A stretch of 63,970 nucleotides of DNA, the filler included, from Bipalium vagum (Eukaryota): assembly GCA_037834085.1 (NCBI GenBank). It is 3 parts of 3 records of this genome, joined end to end, with 100 filler letters (N's around TTAATTAATTAA, not from the genome) between each part and the next. Parts side by side here need not be neighbours in the genome. Positions count along the whole stretch, not along the records: positions 41,105 to 63,970 come from JBBMKC010215582.1; 2 more parts are not named here. One strand, given 5' to 3'. The notes below the pieces were generated by a model. It was not told where the DNA came from, ran no database searches, and saw nothing but the letters and a program-made list of their open reading frames with translations. Below, piece by piece: positions 42,475 through 56,614 of this stretch; the first letter of the stretch is position 1, and each line of letters opens with the position of its first letter. The position numbers and the translations under genes are program-made.

Positions 42475-45400
42475 TCACAAAACCGATATTTTATCTTGTT
42501 TCGAGCTTCTATACCGTTTCGAATGGTTTGGACGCTTCCGTTTTTCTTTTCTCCATTCCAGGAACTCTGTGTCTCGAAGCAGAGCCGTATTTTCTTCATT
42601 GACATTGGTTTCTGATGAGCTGCTGTCTAGCTCCGACAATTTTGACTGGATTGAACCCGGGAAATATTGATGTATCGAGTTTGGAAATCGGTGAAAATGA
42701 CCACGGACCCACTTGTAAAGAGTAGTATAGAGATTGGGAAATTTCAGGTCGATATAGTCCGCTAACCCACTCGGGTTACTGTTGAATAGGGTTTTTGATA
42801 GATCTATAGGCAGTTCGTGAAAATGGTTTCTTTTGTTTCTGAGCGCTCTAGCAAGATTTGACAGGTTCTTTGACTGCTCGACAGAAGACAGATAGAAAAA
42901 TCAATAACACCAATGCAAATGATGAGATTTTACAAACGCCAACCTTGTAACTCCTCTGGACTGTGAGATTCTCAATCAGCTCCGGTTCCAAATCATCTGT
43001 CCACTTGTCGGGAAATACGTCATTGCTTCTTTTGTCCAAAGAAGTCTGCAAAGTTGGATTGTTTTTCTCTATGAAATCTGAGACGTCCTGAAAACCAAAA
43101 AGAAAAATAAACCAATAAACAATCTCCTAAGCCAAAAAAATAACATAAATATTAATAATCAATAATTTTTTTTGCTATTTTTGTCAAATATCAACAAATC
43201 TATTGATCATTTCTGCGTGTATGATAACCTCGCGAATAATTTATTGATTCTCCTTCCACAGATATTCAACAAAAAAATTAATACAAAAGACTAATTAGTT
43301 CATGGATTTTTTTTTCGGTAACGGTATAAAGAAACTCATAGGACATTGGTAAAATGTTGTAGATGCCAATGGTGCATATTTTGATTCATAAAATTTTTTA
43401 TAATGACTTATCGACTTTTGATTTGTGATACGAAAAAGAAACAACACTTCCCCCAAACTAATATTTTATTCTTTTCACAACAAAATCTTAATTATGAACT
43501 TCATAAATGATAAAAAGAAAATTTGATTTTTTTTGCTTTCAAAACTTTTGAGATCACATTTCTCCAACCAAGTATTACTTAGATTTTTTTCAAATAAAAT
43601 AACAGAATTTATTTCGTAAAGATATTTTCATTTGTTAAAAACTGATCATAATAAAAAATATTAATTATTATTATTATTATCAAAAATTAAATTATAAATA
43701 TCATAATTAAAATGGTTGTAAAAAATTTCCAAAATAATTATTGAAATTTTTATATTTTTATTTCAATATAAAAAATAATTTTTGAATTTATTACGTTGAA
43801 TATGTTTTAAATAAATAAATTTTAAAATAAAATAAATTTTAAAAAGTTTAAATCATTGGTCAAGAAAATTTTTTTTTCGATTTTAATATTTTTTCGTATT
43901 TAATTAACTGTTTTATTAATTACTTATTTGTTGATATTCAATTTTTTAATATTTTAAACACAATGATCAATAAAGTTTTAGATCTGAAACATCTATGAAA
44001 TTTGACTTCTGTACATAAAAAAGTAAAACTTCTCTAAATCCACTCTATAATCGAAACACGGCACTTTGGGAAAAAGCAATATTATGCACTCTCAATAAAT
44101 AACAGAAAAATTAGACAAGATTTAATTTAAGTTACTTTTCATTACTTGAAAATAAAAAAAGTTACTTAAATAAATATTGATAAAAAACTTAGATTAAATC
44201 TTAACCTAAAAATTATTCGGATGAAAAATACCTGAAAGATAAAAAATTTTAAAATCAATATTTTGTTTTAAACAATCAATAAATATATTACATACAAATC
44301 TTAAGAACTATAAAAGAATTTTGAACTTCAAATTGAGACACTAATGAATGGAAAAAAATAAAAATGAGGCCCTATTGGTGAAATATTATAATTATGTATT
44401 ATAAATTACAAGATAATTTATAATAACATTTTTATAAAATGATCAATACAATTTTGAAAAATTGAGTTAAGAATTAAAATAATATAGATTCTAAAAATCG
44501 ATTTTAAATGTATTAATTAATTTTTTTCTACGATAATTTCATTAAATAATTATAATCAAACAAATTCAAAGTGAAACATTCTGTTTTATAAAAATCGTTG
44601 AAATACTAAAAAATCATTTTATTGAGATAAGGATAAAATCAACGTTCAGCTTTCAGTAGATAAATAGAATACTTACACAGAGAAATGACAACTTCTTCAA
44701 AGATTCCCAAAATAAAGGACCACAAAGAATTTCTTCTGCACAAGGTCTCTTACTCGGAGATGATTCAAGCATCATGGAGATGAAATACATGACCATGTAG
44801 TCTGTAGACCATATCAATTATTTTTATTATAATAAATCGCTGACAATGTTAAAATAATAATAAAATATTTCAAAAGTTCAATATTATTTATCTGAACACT
44901 TAAGATTATTGCTTCTACTTCAGAGCTAACACAAAATAAAAAATGAATAACATTTTGAAAAAATATTTTTTAAACAATTTTTTAACATAAATCGATAATA
45001 ATTTCTTTGAAATATTAATGAACAAATTTTTGCTGAATATTTATTAGCATAAATTTGAAACAATGAACTAAATCTGCTTCATGTGTAGTTTTTATATGGG
45101 TTAAATAATTACCATAAATTTGAAAACATGGTGTTGTATAATGTACAAAATATGACGAAAATGAGATTTTCACAATTATTGTTCGATTTCAGTATTTTTT
45201 TACTTCAAAATTTACTCGAAATAACGTTTTAAAATATTTGCATATTCTCTATAGCAGAAAGATAGCACCAGTTTCTTAAAAATAATCTTAAAAGAAAATT
45301 GATTTCAGCCAGTTTTTTTAAATATATTATGCAATCAGAAGTAAGAAATCACATTTTTATTAATACCTACCGGTTTGGAATACATAAAAGTAAGTCTTAA

Positions 45401-46439
45401 ATAATTTATTAATTGATAAATATGCACAATATTTAAATACATTTCATCAAACCATGGGGTTTTAATATATAAGCAATTTTTAAAAATACAGTTAAATCTA
45501 AATTATATGCTGAACATTATTAATTTACTAAATTTATTCTTTTAAGTTATTAAATTAAATTCCATAATAAATTAATCAGAACAATAAAGTAACTAACAAA
45601 ATACTTAAAAATTTTTTATAAGCAGGCATTAATTTTCTAAAACCAAGATATTATAAGTATTGAGTTGTTCCATTTTATATAGCGTTTTATATTTAAAATT
45701 CCACAACCTGTACCTTATTGGTTAATAAATATATATAGACAGTCAATAGTAAATATATTTGAAAATAATCTTATAAATAGTTAAAAATTCCCGTTATCTG
45801 ATCAGCCTCTTTATAATCATTATTATTTATTATTGATGTAATTTATATAAATAACTTAATGAATAATAAAATATACATTGTTGAACAAATGTTTTGACAA
45901 ATTAAAATAAAAATAGTGTTTATTTTATAAATAATCACTACCCATTAAAAAAGTTCGTTGTAAAATATATTTTCATAATTGCTATAATTTTAGGAGTTGA
46001 AAATAAATTTTATTAGAGAAATAAAAAATTCAAATAATTTTAATGGTTAATTTATTTTCTTCAGAAAAAAAAATTAAATTTCAAATAAGAAAAGAATTAC
46101 CAGTGATAAGACCGTGGTCGAGATGGTAATTTCCCTCACGAATTCTATGTTGTCGAGACAAGATGTCACTACCAAAAGGATGGTGTCCGTCGGTAAATAC
46201 GTAGTAAAACAAAATTCCACACGAAAATATGTCGCTACTTTTGCTCTATCATTTGAAAATGACAATAGACAATCAATGTTTTATATAATCAAACGTACAA
46301 TTCGTGTCACATCATCTCGACCAAGTTCCGGAGCCATATAACCCGATGTACCTCCACAGCCGGTTTTGGTGATTGAATTTCCACTATCTACGCTTTGGCG
46401 ACTCAGACCAAAATCGGTAATTATTATCTTGTATTGAAA

Positions 46440-46514
<75 letters not shown>

Positions 46515-49500
46515 TCTTAAAGGAAGTCGCAGCTGGACCTTATTTTTTCTCATAATAAGAACGTTTTTTGGCTTTAAATCGCGATGGACTGAAAAATTTT
46601 CTCTTTATTTTCGTATTAATATAAAAACGAATTTCATACCAATTCCTCTATCATGAAGATAATGAACGCCAACAACTATCTGTTTGCATATACTGAGCTT
46701 ATCCATGACACAAACCTCTTTAAGCTTAACACCAGAAACATACTCTTCCAGTGTACATTCACAGAGTTCCAAAGCAAGAAATGTAAATTCCCTTGACTGA
46801 GTCTAGAAAATGTTGTTTTCATTACTGTTACTATAATATATTATAATATCTCGAAAATTGAAAACAATTGTCACTCTACACATTTTCTATATTATTTTAC
46901 AAATAAAATTATTTATTATAAATATTTATTGACTTTTCAATCAATACTTCAAGTGATCATTAGTAATTTGACTGGGTTTAATAATAATCGTAATAATTAT
47001 ATATTAAAATAATTATATCCAAATAAGTTCTTGTAGATTTTATTAAATTGATATTTCATTAAATAGTTAACGAATTATTCCTCAGAAAATCAATTTGTTT
47101 TATTTGATTACTTTAAATGAAGCATATAATTTAAAATTTAAAATATCATTAATTCATATTTAAATTTTTTTAATAGTCAAAATTGCGGACAGAAATTTAA
47201 TCATTCGTTTTTGCTTACTTTATAAATTTAAGCCTGGATCATATGCCCTAGAAGCCAGTTGAAAATTTTACTCGGCATTTGGAGAAGTTGTAATAAAGAA
47301 AAGAACTGGTCGTTTTTGGTTCGAGAAGTTTCGTTCAAATGATGAAAATCTGTAAGACCCGTTAACATGACCAATGATGACTTGAGAAAAACAATCGAGT
47401 TATATTCAATTCAAACGTGTAAGGAGCTTGGTTTGATATTTAATGTCAACAAAGAAACAACCAGATTAGAAAGAGATAGTTAATAAGCAAGTTGGTCCCA
47501 CATGACTTAACGACAGAGAATGGATCTCTTCTCATCTTAATCTTAGTCATCTAAAAGTAAAGCCACATGGAACACTGATATCCGATTAAAGGTAAGTAAT
47601 GTATTCTAAACCAAAGACAACACATCATTGACTATCTCCTACGGATCCATTACAATAAGTGCTTATTGCTGGACATTGCACAAAAAGCTTTTACTGTGTT
47701 TGATGGACTTATGAGGGAAACAATCATTGAGTTCATAAAACCGAAAGAAACAATAACCGCTGACATATATTAGAAAAATTATTAGAGAAATAGCAGGCGT
47801 TAGTGAACAGAAATAAAGTTCTATTTCTTCAAGACAATGCTCGACCGCATGTTGCAAAAAAATAATGATCAAGATAACACAACTTGGTTGAGAGATCATG
47901 TCATCCACCATATTCCACTAATGTCTCGTCAACAGTTTATTTTTTTATTTGAAGGGAAAGAAGTTCACAAATGAAATGGATCTAAAAAAAGAAGCGCCAA
48001 TTTCTTCTTCAGTAAGAAAAAAGTTTTTTATGAAAATAGAATTACCAAGTTGCAAAACCATTTGGATAAACAATGAGATGGATCATATTTAATGAATAAA
48101 TATATCTAAAATTAGAAATATTGACTTTTTTTTTAAAAAAAAACTCAGCATTAAATATTTGGATACCATAACAATAACAACTCAAATTCAACAAAAATGA
48201 AAATTTTCAACATAAATATTTCAATATATTGAAAAACAAAATGAAACAAACCAGTCTATGTTTAAATATCAATAATTCAATTAAGCGATTTTTCACTGAG
48301 CATTTTATTTACTTTCTGGACATAAACTTTATAAAGTCTTAAAACATTGGTTTCGTGATATTTTTAGGCTGCTTATTTATTACCACATATTTTCAATTTT
48401 TAAATTAATCATTTTCATTCGTTATGAAATGTTAATAAACAAAAATAAAAAATCAAATCACTTTAGAATCAATTATTTAGCACAAAATAATAATAATAAT
48501 AATAATAATTAGTATTAATAATAATAATGAATGAAAATTGTTTTATTGTTTAAATCGTTTTCAATCATTAGAATAGTCTGTTACGACAGAATATATTTAC
48601 ATTTCTTATATGAAACTTGATCATAGCAGAACTATACAATTGTTTTCATAACAAGATTGATATTATCAAAACAAATGACATCATTTCCTTTCGGAAGACT
48701 TTCGATCTAGGAAATGTATCTAAAATACAAATATCGAATAGTTTACAATAGGAAAATGATCGATTATGTAAATGTGCACTTCGAAAATGAAAAGCAAATA
48801 TTATTCAAAAAGATATTTATATAACTACTTTACACTAGAAAATAACACAACAGTCTTGAGGAACCTATTAACATGAATTTTTTCAATGTGAATCGATCAT
48901 TAAACAATTTCGATCTCGAAACAATTTCTTCAACACTGACAGAAATCAAAATCTTTAAATTGAAGAATTTATCGATTGATTTCATACTAAAAACAGTTAT
49001 TTGTGGGTTTTATAGTGATTTTTTATAATTTACTAGAAAATTTTTTTAAGTCATTCAAAAACACTTTTATTGATCTCCTTTAATAGCCATTGACAATAAT
49101 AAAGATTGAGTCAATAATTTTTAAAGAAACGAAGTTATTAAATTGATTTTTAATTTATTTATTTATAAGTTTATTATTATTATTATTATATATATATTAT
49201 TTATTTATTATCATTGAATATTATTATTCTATTGTTTTACAGTATAGTATACTTTATTTATTATTAATACTATAATTATTATTTCTCACTGAATATTTTC
49301 AACCTAATTCATAAGTTTATAATGAAAAAATCAAAGGACTATCAAAATTGATGAACGTACAATATAGAAGCACTTGATCAAATTACTGCAATCAAATGAC
49401 TGACGTAGAAATTTGAGTTCGTGTTGAATAAGATCACTTTTCAACAATCTTTTAACGGCTACCGGTTGATCGTTGCTAAGAAAAACTCCTCTGAAAGATA

Positions 49501-51708
49501 AATAATTAATAGAAATAAAATTAATGTTATTTTTAACACAAATAACCAATCAATAGTTGAAGCTAAAATATGAAAAATATCATGAAAAATAATAACAATA
49601 AATATTATTATCATCAATAATAAGGAAAAGATAAATAAAAATACAAAAGATAAATACTCTTACTGATAAACAATCGTTCCGTTTGTGCCATAACCCAGAA
49701 CCTTATCTGGATAGTAACGCAGATCAGAAATTACGATCTCATCATTATCCTTTTGATATTTGATGTCACAAGAATTGTAATTGTCGTTTTTTGGCGTATT
49801 TTTATTTTGGTGATCTTGTTGACTCTTTAGAAACTTCTGAAAAAGTAAGGTCTAATTTAATGATATAAACAACAATTAAATATTAATCAGTTTTCCATTG
49901 CAAATCAATTTCAATTTTTTTCTAATTTTAATATTAATCAATAATGATCAATAAGAAAATTTAATAATGACAATTAATCAATAATATAAATAGTAATAAA
50001 TAATAAACAATAATATTAAATTATAATCCTTAAAATTACCGATAAATATCAATGGAACCTCACCTGTTTTGTAATGAGATATGTTATGTAAGTGACCATT
50101 ACAAACGTTGCGAAAACAAATATGCCTAATATCTTAATCTGGATTGAATCACCTTGTATAAATGACGATTGCTGATATGAATAAAGCTTATCATTCTCTT
50201 TGGAAATTAGAGATGTGTTGAATCTGAAATGAAAAATTAATTAAGCTGTTGGCTTAAGGTTGTATTATGAAAATGGAAAGTCATTACTATTAATAATTAC
50301 GAAAACCTGAAAACGGTTCCGGATTAATATATTATTCATGATACATCATTATTATTACAATCAGAATTTTAATTATAATTTTCCAATGTAAATCGACAAA
50401 TTTAAATAATGGAAAAATTAATTTGCACGCCGGTTTTCTTTTCACTTTAATGTAAGAAATATTTTAATTCTTAATCGATTAATTCAATATCGATAAAAAT
50501 AAAAACAATTACAATCGATATAATAGTTCATGAATAACAATTATGAATATAACAAAAAGCTAACGGAAATAAAATAATAATAATAAATCAATTTATTTTT
50601 GGTTATTTGAATGAAATGTATATTTATTCTTATTATAGATATTCACTTGAAAAACCCATTATAACAAAGTAAAAAAATTGTTTATTTAGTTATTTCAAAA
50701 TAATTAACGTAGAAATAAATTCCATGTTTGAAGAACATTCATTATTTTTTATAGATTTAATAGAAAAGCACCTGCTAAACCCGCACTTCTGCCTTACAAG
50801 TGTCGATAATAATTTGAAATTATGGTATGAGAAAAAAATTACAATCAATAAATTTTCAAAAATTTTTCAAGTAACAATAATTAAACTATTAACAGAAGTA
50901 TTACAATAATTTTAAAAAAATAATTCATAATAATATTTAATAATAATTATTAATAATAGAAATTTTAAAATATTTTTAAAAATTCAAAATAATAATCAAT
51001 AACAAATAGTAAAAATCAATTGAACTACTAACTGGATTCTATCGAAATCTAAAAGATAGTTCGATATGACAACTCTGTTATGGTTGTTAATAAACTTTTC
51101 AGGTGGGATTTCATAAAAACCTTTAATTAGTTTATTGTTGTTACTTAAATCTTGGTTTTTTATCGATCCGTTCACCGGTCCAGCTATCAATGGCAAATGT
51201 TGACGAGAATTTGTTTTAATTTTATTATCCTGGTGAATGAATGTCTTGAGCACGTACCAGCTGTTTGTTGCCTGACCAAAAAAAACTGCTTTCCTTTAAA
51301 AAATAATTAAACCAATTGCAGTATAAACCACATGGGAACATATTGAAATATAAATCGGAAATATTTTTTAATCAAACTATCAGGGAGAAAAATATTTATA
51401 TCAAATAAAATAATGTAAAGTAAAGATATTTCAATAAAAAAAATTTCAAATAATCAATATTTGTTTAAATTTGAGCAGTTATGACATTAATAAAAATTTA
51501 ATGTTAAATATTTACCGAAATCCATTCAAATAATTTCAGAGTAAATAACCCTGTTGTATTTCAAACAATAAATGATTAAAATTAAAATCCTAAGCGAAGA
51601 AAAATCATTTAATTTAACAGAGTAATAAAATCAAATTAATATCTTAAGTTAATATTAGAAATGTATAGGAAAAATGGAAATAAATTGTAAATTATTAAAA
51701 TGTTGCTG

Positions 51709-51746
<38 letters not shown>

Positions 51747-54700
51747 TCAATAAAATATAAGGATAGTTTTATAACATCAATTTTTTTATATTTGAATTTA
51801 AGTAACTTATCATCTATTTTCTCAAAATTAAAAAAAAATTCTTATTTGACAAATAGAAAATAATAATAAAATCAAGATTTAATTTAAATTTTGAAAATAA
51901 AAATGATACAAGACAAGGAAAATTGATTTTAATTACTATATCAAATTTAATAAAAAAATCTTCATCTGTAATATTCTTCTATTATCTTTCACTTAAGATA
52001 TAGTGAAAGAAAAACTAACTCCACCTCTCAGTTATCGATGCATTTTTGGTTACTATTAGCAACAAGACATGTATTTGTTTAAAATAATGCTCTTTTCATG
52101 TTTAATTTTGTTTTTCCATTAATACTTTTCTTTGTAATTCTTTAAATTCTAACAAACTTTAATGAACGTCGATATTCCTGTAATAGTTTCATTTTTCTAA
52201 GTGTCAATCATTGATATAACAGAAAAGGACTACTTCAAACCAAAATATAAAATAAGAACTCTCAAAAGAATTATTGAAAAAATTGGCAAACCCAAAAATT
52301 TCAATAGAATCTTATAAAAACACTAAAGTCAATGAAATAATTCAATTATAAACAATATTTAAATATATATACTATTTTGTTATACAGGGTGTTTCATAAA
52401 TATGTATCCGCGTTTAAAGAAAAAATAATCAACTAATTTTCAACCGTCTTTTTGTACAAAAACTATGCAAATAAAAATTGGCTATCAACCAATTTAATTA
52501 ATAATATATTGAAATAGTTTTCATTCCTTGGACATCCATACATTTTTGTAATCTTGGCAATACAGATCTGAAAACTTTCTGACAAAGATCTACTGGAATC
52601 AGACTGATTTCTCCAAAAAGTTTTCCAGATATTTATAAAATATTTATACTTTTCCAGTGATTTATCTTCAATAGTACATGGTGTCCCAAAAGTCAGTGGT
52701 AATTTGAATGTTTTATAATTTTTTGAAAATTTGATTTAATTGAAATTTCTTGACATTTATATGATAATCGATCTTTAAAGTTTTATTAAGACTTAAAAGA
52801 TTTCAGGTAAAATGAGTTTTTGTATATAAAAAATGATTCCTGTTCATTGAAAAATTCTTATTGTTTAAACGGGTTTTTTTAAACACCCTGTATGTTTAGT
52901 CAATTTAAAATCTATATGTTTATAAAAAATCATAAATCAAATATCACCAAAAATATAAATCAATATGTAACTAATTGATTTAAAGTTTTAAAAAATTAAT
53001 TAAAATTGCGAAATACCATTGCGACATGAAGTTCAATAAAAATCTATAAATAAAAAAACGATAATTAAAATTTCTTAGATATTGAATTATTATTGAAATT
53101 TTTTTCGAGTTTCTTCGAAATGTTGCTTTACAAAAAATAAATAATATAAATATATGTTCACTAAAATTTGAAAAAAGTTAAAAATCAATGTAAGACAATC
53201 TTAAATGATGAAGTATGCCAGGCTGTCCAATATATCTTTAGGTATACAGAAATAAAATGAAAAATCAATATTTTATATATTTTTAAATAGTTCAATACTA
53301 TTGAATTTCGTAAAAAAATCTTTATAAACAAGATAATCAATAGAAAAAAAAATATTATAGAATATTACTTTAAGGAAACTTGGTTGTGATTCCAAACAGA
53401 TTTATTGAAGAACAGATACAAAAGCGTCTGGTGCGACATGGACGTAAATTGGACTCGGCTGAGAATGCCCTGAGAAGTGATCTCATATAATCCCGTAACC
53501 GACGAGTCCAGTGTGGTCGACCAGCCGGTTTCAATGTCTGATCAGAATCACGATTTTAATGGAATATCGATCAAAAAGTGTACAGTTAACAAACCGTTCG
53601 TTTTGAACTTGGTAACAACCAGGCCCGAATCACTGGACACGTAGTGGCGCATATCTGCAATGGAAAATCAATGAGAGGATATGAAGAAATCAAAAACTCT
53701 GAATTCAGGCTTTCTTTTAATCTAATTTTTAATCGACTCACCGTATTCGTCCAAATCAGTAGCGGCGTGAGTTGTCAGAGAATTGAGGAAAACGTTGTAT
53801 CTGAAAATGAATTTTTTTCATTAACAAAAAATTAATTCTAAACATTCGCAACTAATTAACCTGTAAAAGAAGCACGAAATGTTACTAGTTTATCAATATA
53901 TTTAATTAGTTCATGGTGGTTTCCGTTACAGAAAGGATAAGAAACAATGTGGTCAGTTCAGTTACTTTCGGTAGTTTATAAGAATTGATTGAAAAACGAA
54001 ATGATAAAAGAGAAACAGTAAAGAATTGAGAAAGCAAACAGAAATAGCAGGATGTGATTATACTGATTTTAGAGAAAAATATCCGAAATGTTTCATTAAG
54101 AAGAAAGAAGATTTAAGCCAACCCTTAACACGTTTTTGTTGGTTAGTATTTTTGTCTAAAAAAATAATAAGGATAGATTTTAAATGAAAATTTTATTAGA
54201 ACATTTAAAATTGAATTCTTGCTAACGAATTCAAACTTTTTACACAGAAATCTCAAAGCATTTTGATATAATGAACACTGACGAAAGTGTCAAATTTTAA
54301 TGGGAAAACCAGTGAGCGAAAGAATTTAAAAAGATCGTCTCAAATATGAGAAGGAAAACTTTCAATCCAGAGATTAGTGAAAACTTTATTTCGATGATAA
54401 CGAATGTGATATTTCTTATTCATCTTTTTCCAAAGAAAAGATCCAAGGTGGTTGTCACAAATACCACTTTACTGATTAAATGGATTTTTTGGTTCAATTT
54501 ATTGTAGTCTTCGTTACAAAAATAATAAGACTTGATATTTCAACTTCTTGACAATACATCTAATTGATTTTTTATTGATTAGAAATAATCAATAAAAGAT
54601 GTTACATCAGAGAATTTTGGAAAGCCCTAAGAACGAAGTTCGCAACATTATTTTAATAACTCATATTAAGATAGTTTCAGACTATAAAAGGGGAATAGTT

Positions 54701-56614
54701 TTAAATATTTCGTTATTGATTTTTCCGTTAATTTCCAAGGCAATGTAGTAAATGAAAGAAGCTTTGACAACATAAAATCCAGAGAAATAGTGAGGATCAA
54801 TGGAAAGCATAAAGGAAATTCGAACAAAATAGTTAAAATTTACTTGAAATAACAAAAATAATGAGTTATTTCATTTTCCATAGACGAGTTTCACATATAA
54901 AAATGCAAAGATTGTGCGATACGAAGGTGTACCTTCGTTTTAAAAGATCATTCTCCATCATTATCAACAAGGATTGTTTTTTTTTACAATGAACTTCTCT
55001 GAAAACATGTAGCTTAGATTATCAACAACAAAACCAAACGATAACGTAACTGTTTTCAACAATCCGGATCAACAGACACTGAAATTGAATCCATTAACCG
55101 ATCAACTGCAAATACACGACCCACCACAATGACACATGGTAATGTGTTTTATTTGATTTTCTTATTAGAGATTGATTATTTTTCTGAGATATGGCCAATT
55201 ATCAACAATAAAGTAATTATTTATTTATACCAACGGTTCTCGACCTTTTCAAAAATATTACATTTTTCCTAATCATAAACATGCAACCCCTATGGTTTTG
55301 AAATTGAATTTCATGTTTTTATAACAAGATCCAGATCACTGTCACTACTAATTTCGAGGTAGCGCTTCAGGTTGCTGGACTCTATTAACTCCTTGGATAG
55401 AACTACATCATAAATGATATACTGGTTTCACATTCACATTCTTGTGAAAAAGAAGTTTAGAAATGCCTCATTTTAACTTGTTTCAGTGATGTCGATGATA
55501 TCATGGAGCAGAAATATATTTGAGAAAGAGGAAGAAGTCAAGATTCCAACAAAAGAAAATTTTGAAGTTTTAATAAATGTGGGGAAAACTGAAATAACAA
55601 CATAGTTTTCAATTTTTGCGGAGGAAAAAACATTGGAGAGCGGTGACACTGTAAAGAGAACAGAATTTCTCTAAAAATAAAGTGAAAATGATAATCATAA
55701 AGACTATTATTTGTGAATGGAAAACTCTCCTCTAGCGTTTAACATTAAACAATATGTATATTATACCTATTTTTTCCATTCTTTCTGGGATCTAAGAAAA
55801 TACAACCTCCTAATCACAGGTTGGAACCATTGATTTAGATGATGTCCATATATTTCACAAAGACATGAATTTATTGTCATATTTCGAATAAATTCATAAC
55901 TTTGATACCCTCCAGGAAGAAAAACAACAACCTATAATCTTATGGTATTTACACTATTTAACCGTTTTTTCTCGAAGTATTAATGTTATTACAAGAATTG
56001 AATATTAAATAATATAAACTTACATTATTTGTCTGCTAGTGGGTTCACTCACTACAAGATTGTATTGGCAAATCCCAATGAATATCGTTCGATTTAACTG
56101 AATATTGTGATTGCTCTGAGGACAATTGTCATTGTTACCCGTTTGATATTTGTGTAGAACTTCACCGGTTTCGATATCTATTGACAGCCATTGGTCGCTT
56201 TTGCTACCAGTTAATAATAGGTTATCTAGAAATAACGGAGTCTTTTTAACATAATCCATCAAACTATATTCCAGGGGTGAAAACACATTTCCAGTTATTT
56301 GATGATGAAATATGTACAGTTTTCCGTTGATTGGATTTGGAATTAATATTGAGCCATTAGTAGTTGTTGTTTTGATCACAGGTGATAATTTAGTTGACCA
56401 CTTTAATTCACCAGTATATCGATCTAATAAGTGAATATTTCCATTTATTGTTGATGCAAATAATAAATTATCATGTGAATCCTGAAAATATTAGTATTAG
56501 TATTAGAAGAACCTGTAACGAAATACAAACATCGGAAATTTTCAAAACTTCGTTTTCACAACTACAAAATAAGCACAATATATGAAAGATAAAGACTGAA
56601 ACATGTATAATCAT
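42475..56614 (-). CDS. IRE1: IRE1 serine/threonine kinase / endoribonuclease (UPR sensor); 15 exons, 939 aa
   Basis: Phase-consistent GT-AG exons: 56614-56531, 56481-56024, 53800-53742, 53654-53595, 53537-53369, 51293-51033, 50223-50064, 49836-49664, 49490-49361, 46802-46640, 46588-46299, 46245-46101, 44801-44677, 43087-42944, 42873-42475 (2820 nt). Signal peptide MIIHVSVFIFHILCLFCSC. Luminal domain LLFASTINGNIHLLDRYTGELKW and LIPNPINGKLY. TM ILGIFVFATFVMVTYITYLI. Kinase LGYGTNGT, VAVKR, ALELC, HRDLKPKN, DFG, APE, DIFSCGILFYYVFTDGHHPFG. KEN RNase RSYK...LARALRNKRNHFHELP. Confidence 0.95.
43200..43462 (+). mobile_element. mariner 3' fragment in an IRE1 intron
   Basis: GIKKLIGHW*NVVDANGAYFD followed by a TIR-like end. 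Confidence 0.65.
46440..46514 (-). repeat. Coding (AAT)25 microsatellite = poly-Asn in the IRE1 kinase domain
   Basis: In-frame within exon 46588-46299, between HRDLKPKN and the DFG motif. Confidence 0.9.
47010..48170 (+). mobile_element. mariner element in an IRE1 intron, decayed
   Basis: IRFCLLYKFKPG, WVPHDL, QDNARPHVA and HPPYS motifs. Confidence 0.85.
52385..52890. mobile_element. Non-autonomous Tc1/mariner (MITE-like) element in an IRE1 intron
   Basis: TA-flanked inverted ends cagggtgttt / aaacaccctg; about 500 bp; no intact ORF. Confidence 0.7.
53860..55750 (-). mobile_element. Possible highly decayed piggyBac-like element in IRE1 intron 2
   Basis: Fragmentary DYNK...DQ-like motif near 54500 and a coding-like composition. 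No clear TIR pair. Confidence 0.25.

Noticed and set aside
42405-42670. Three short overlapping ORFs
   Set aside because: Alternative-frame or antisense shadows of the last IRE1 exon.
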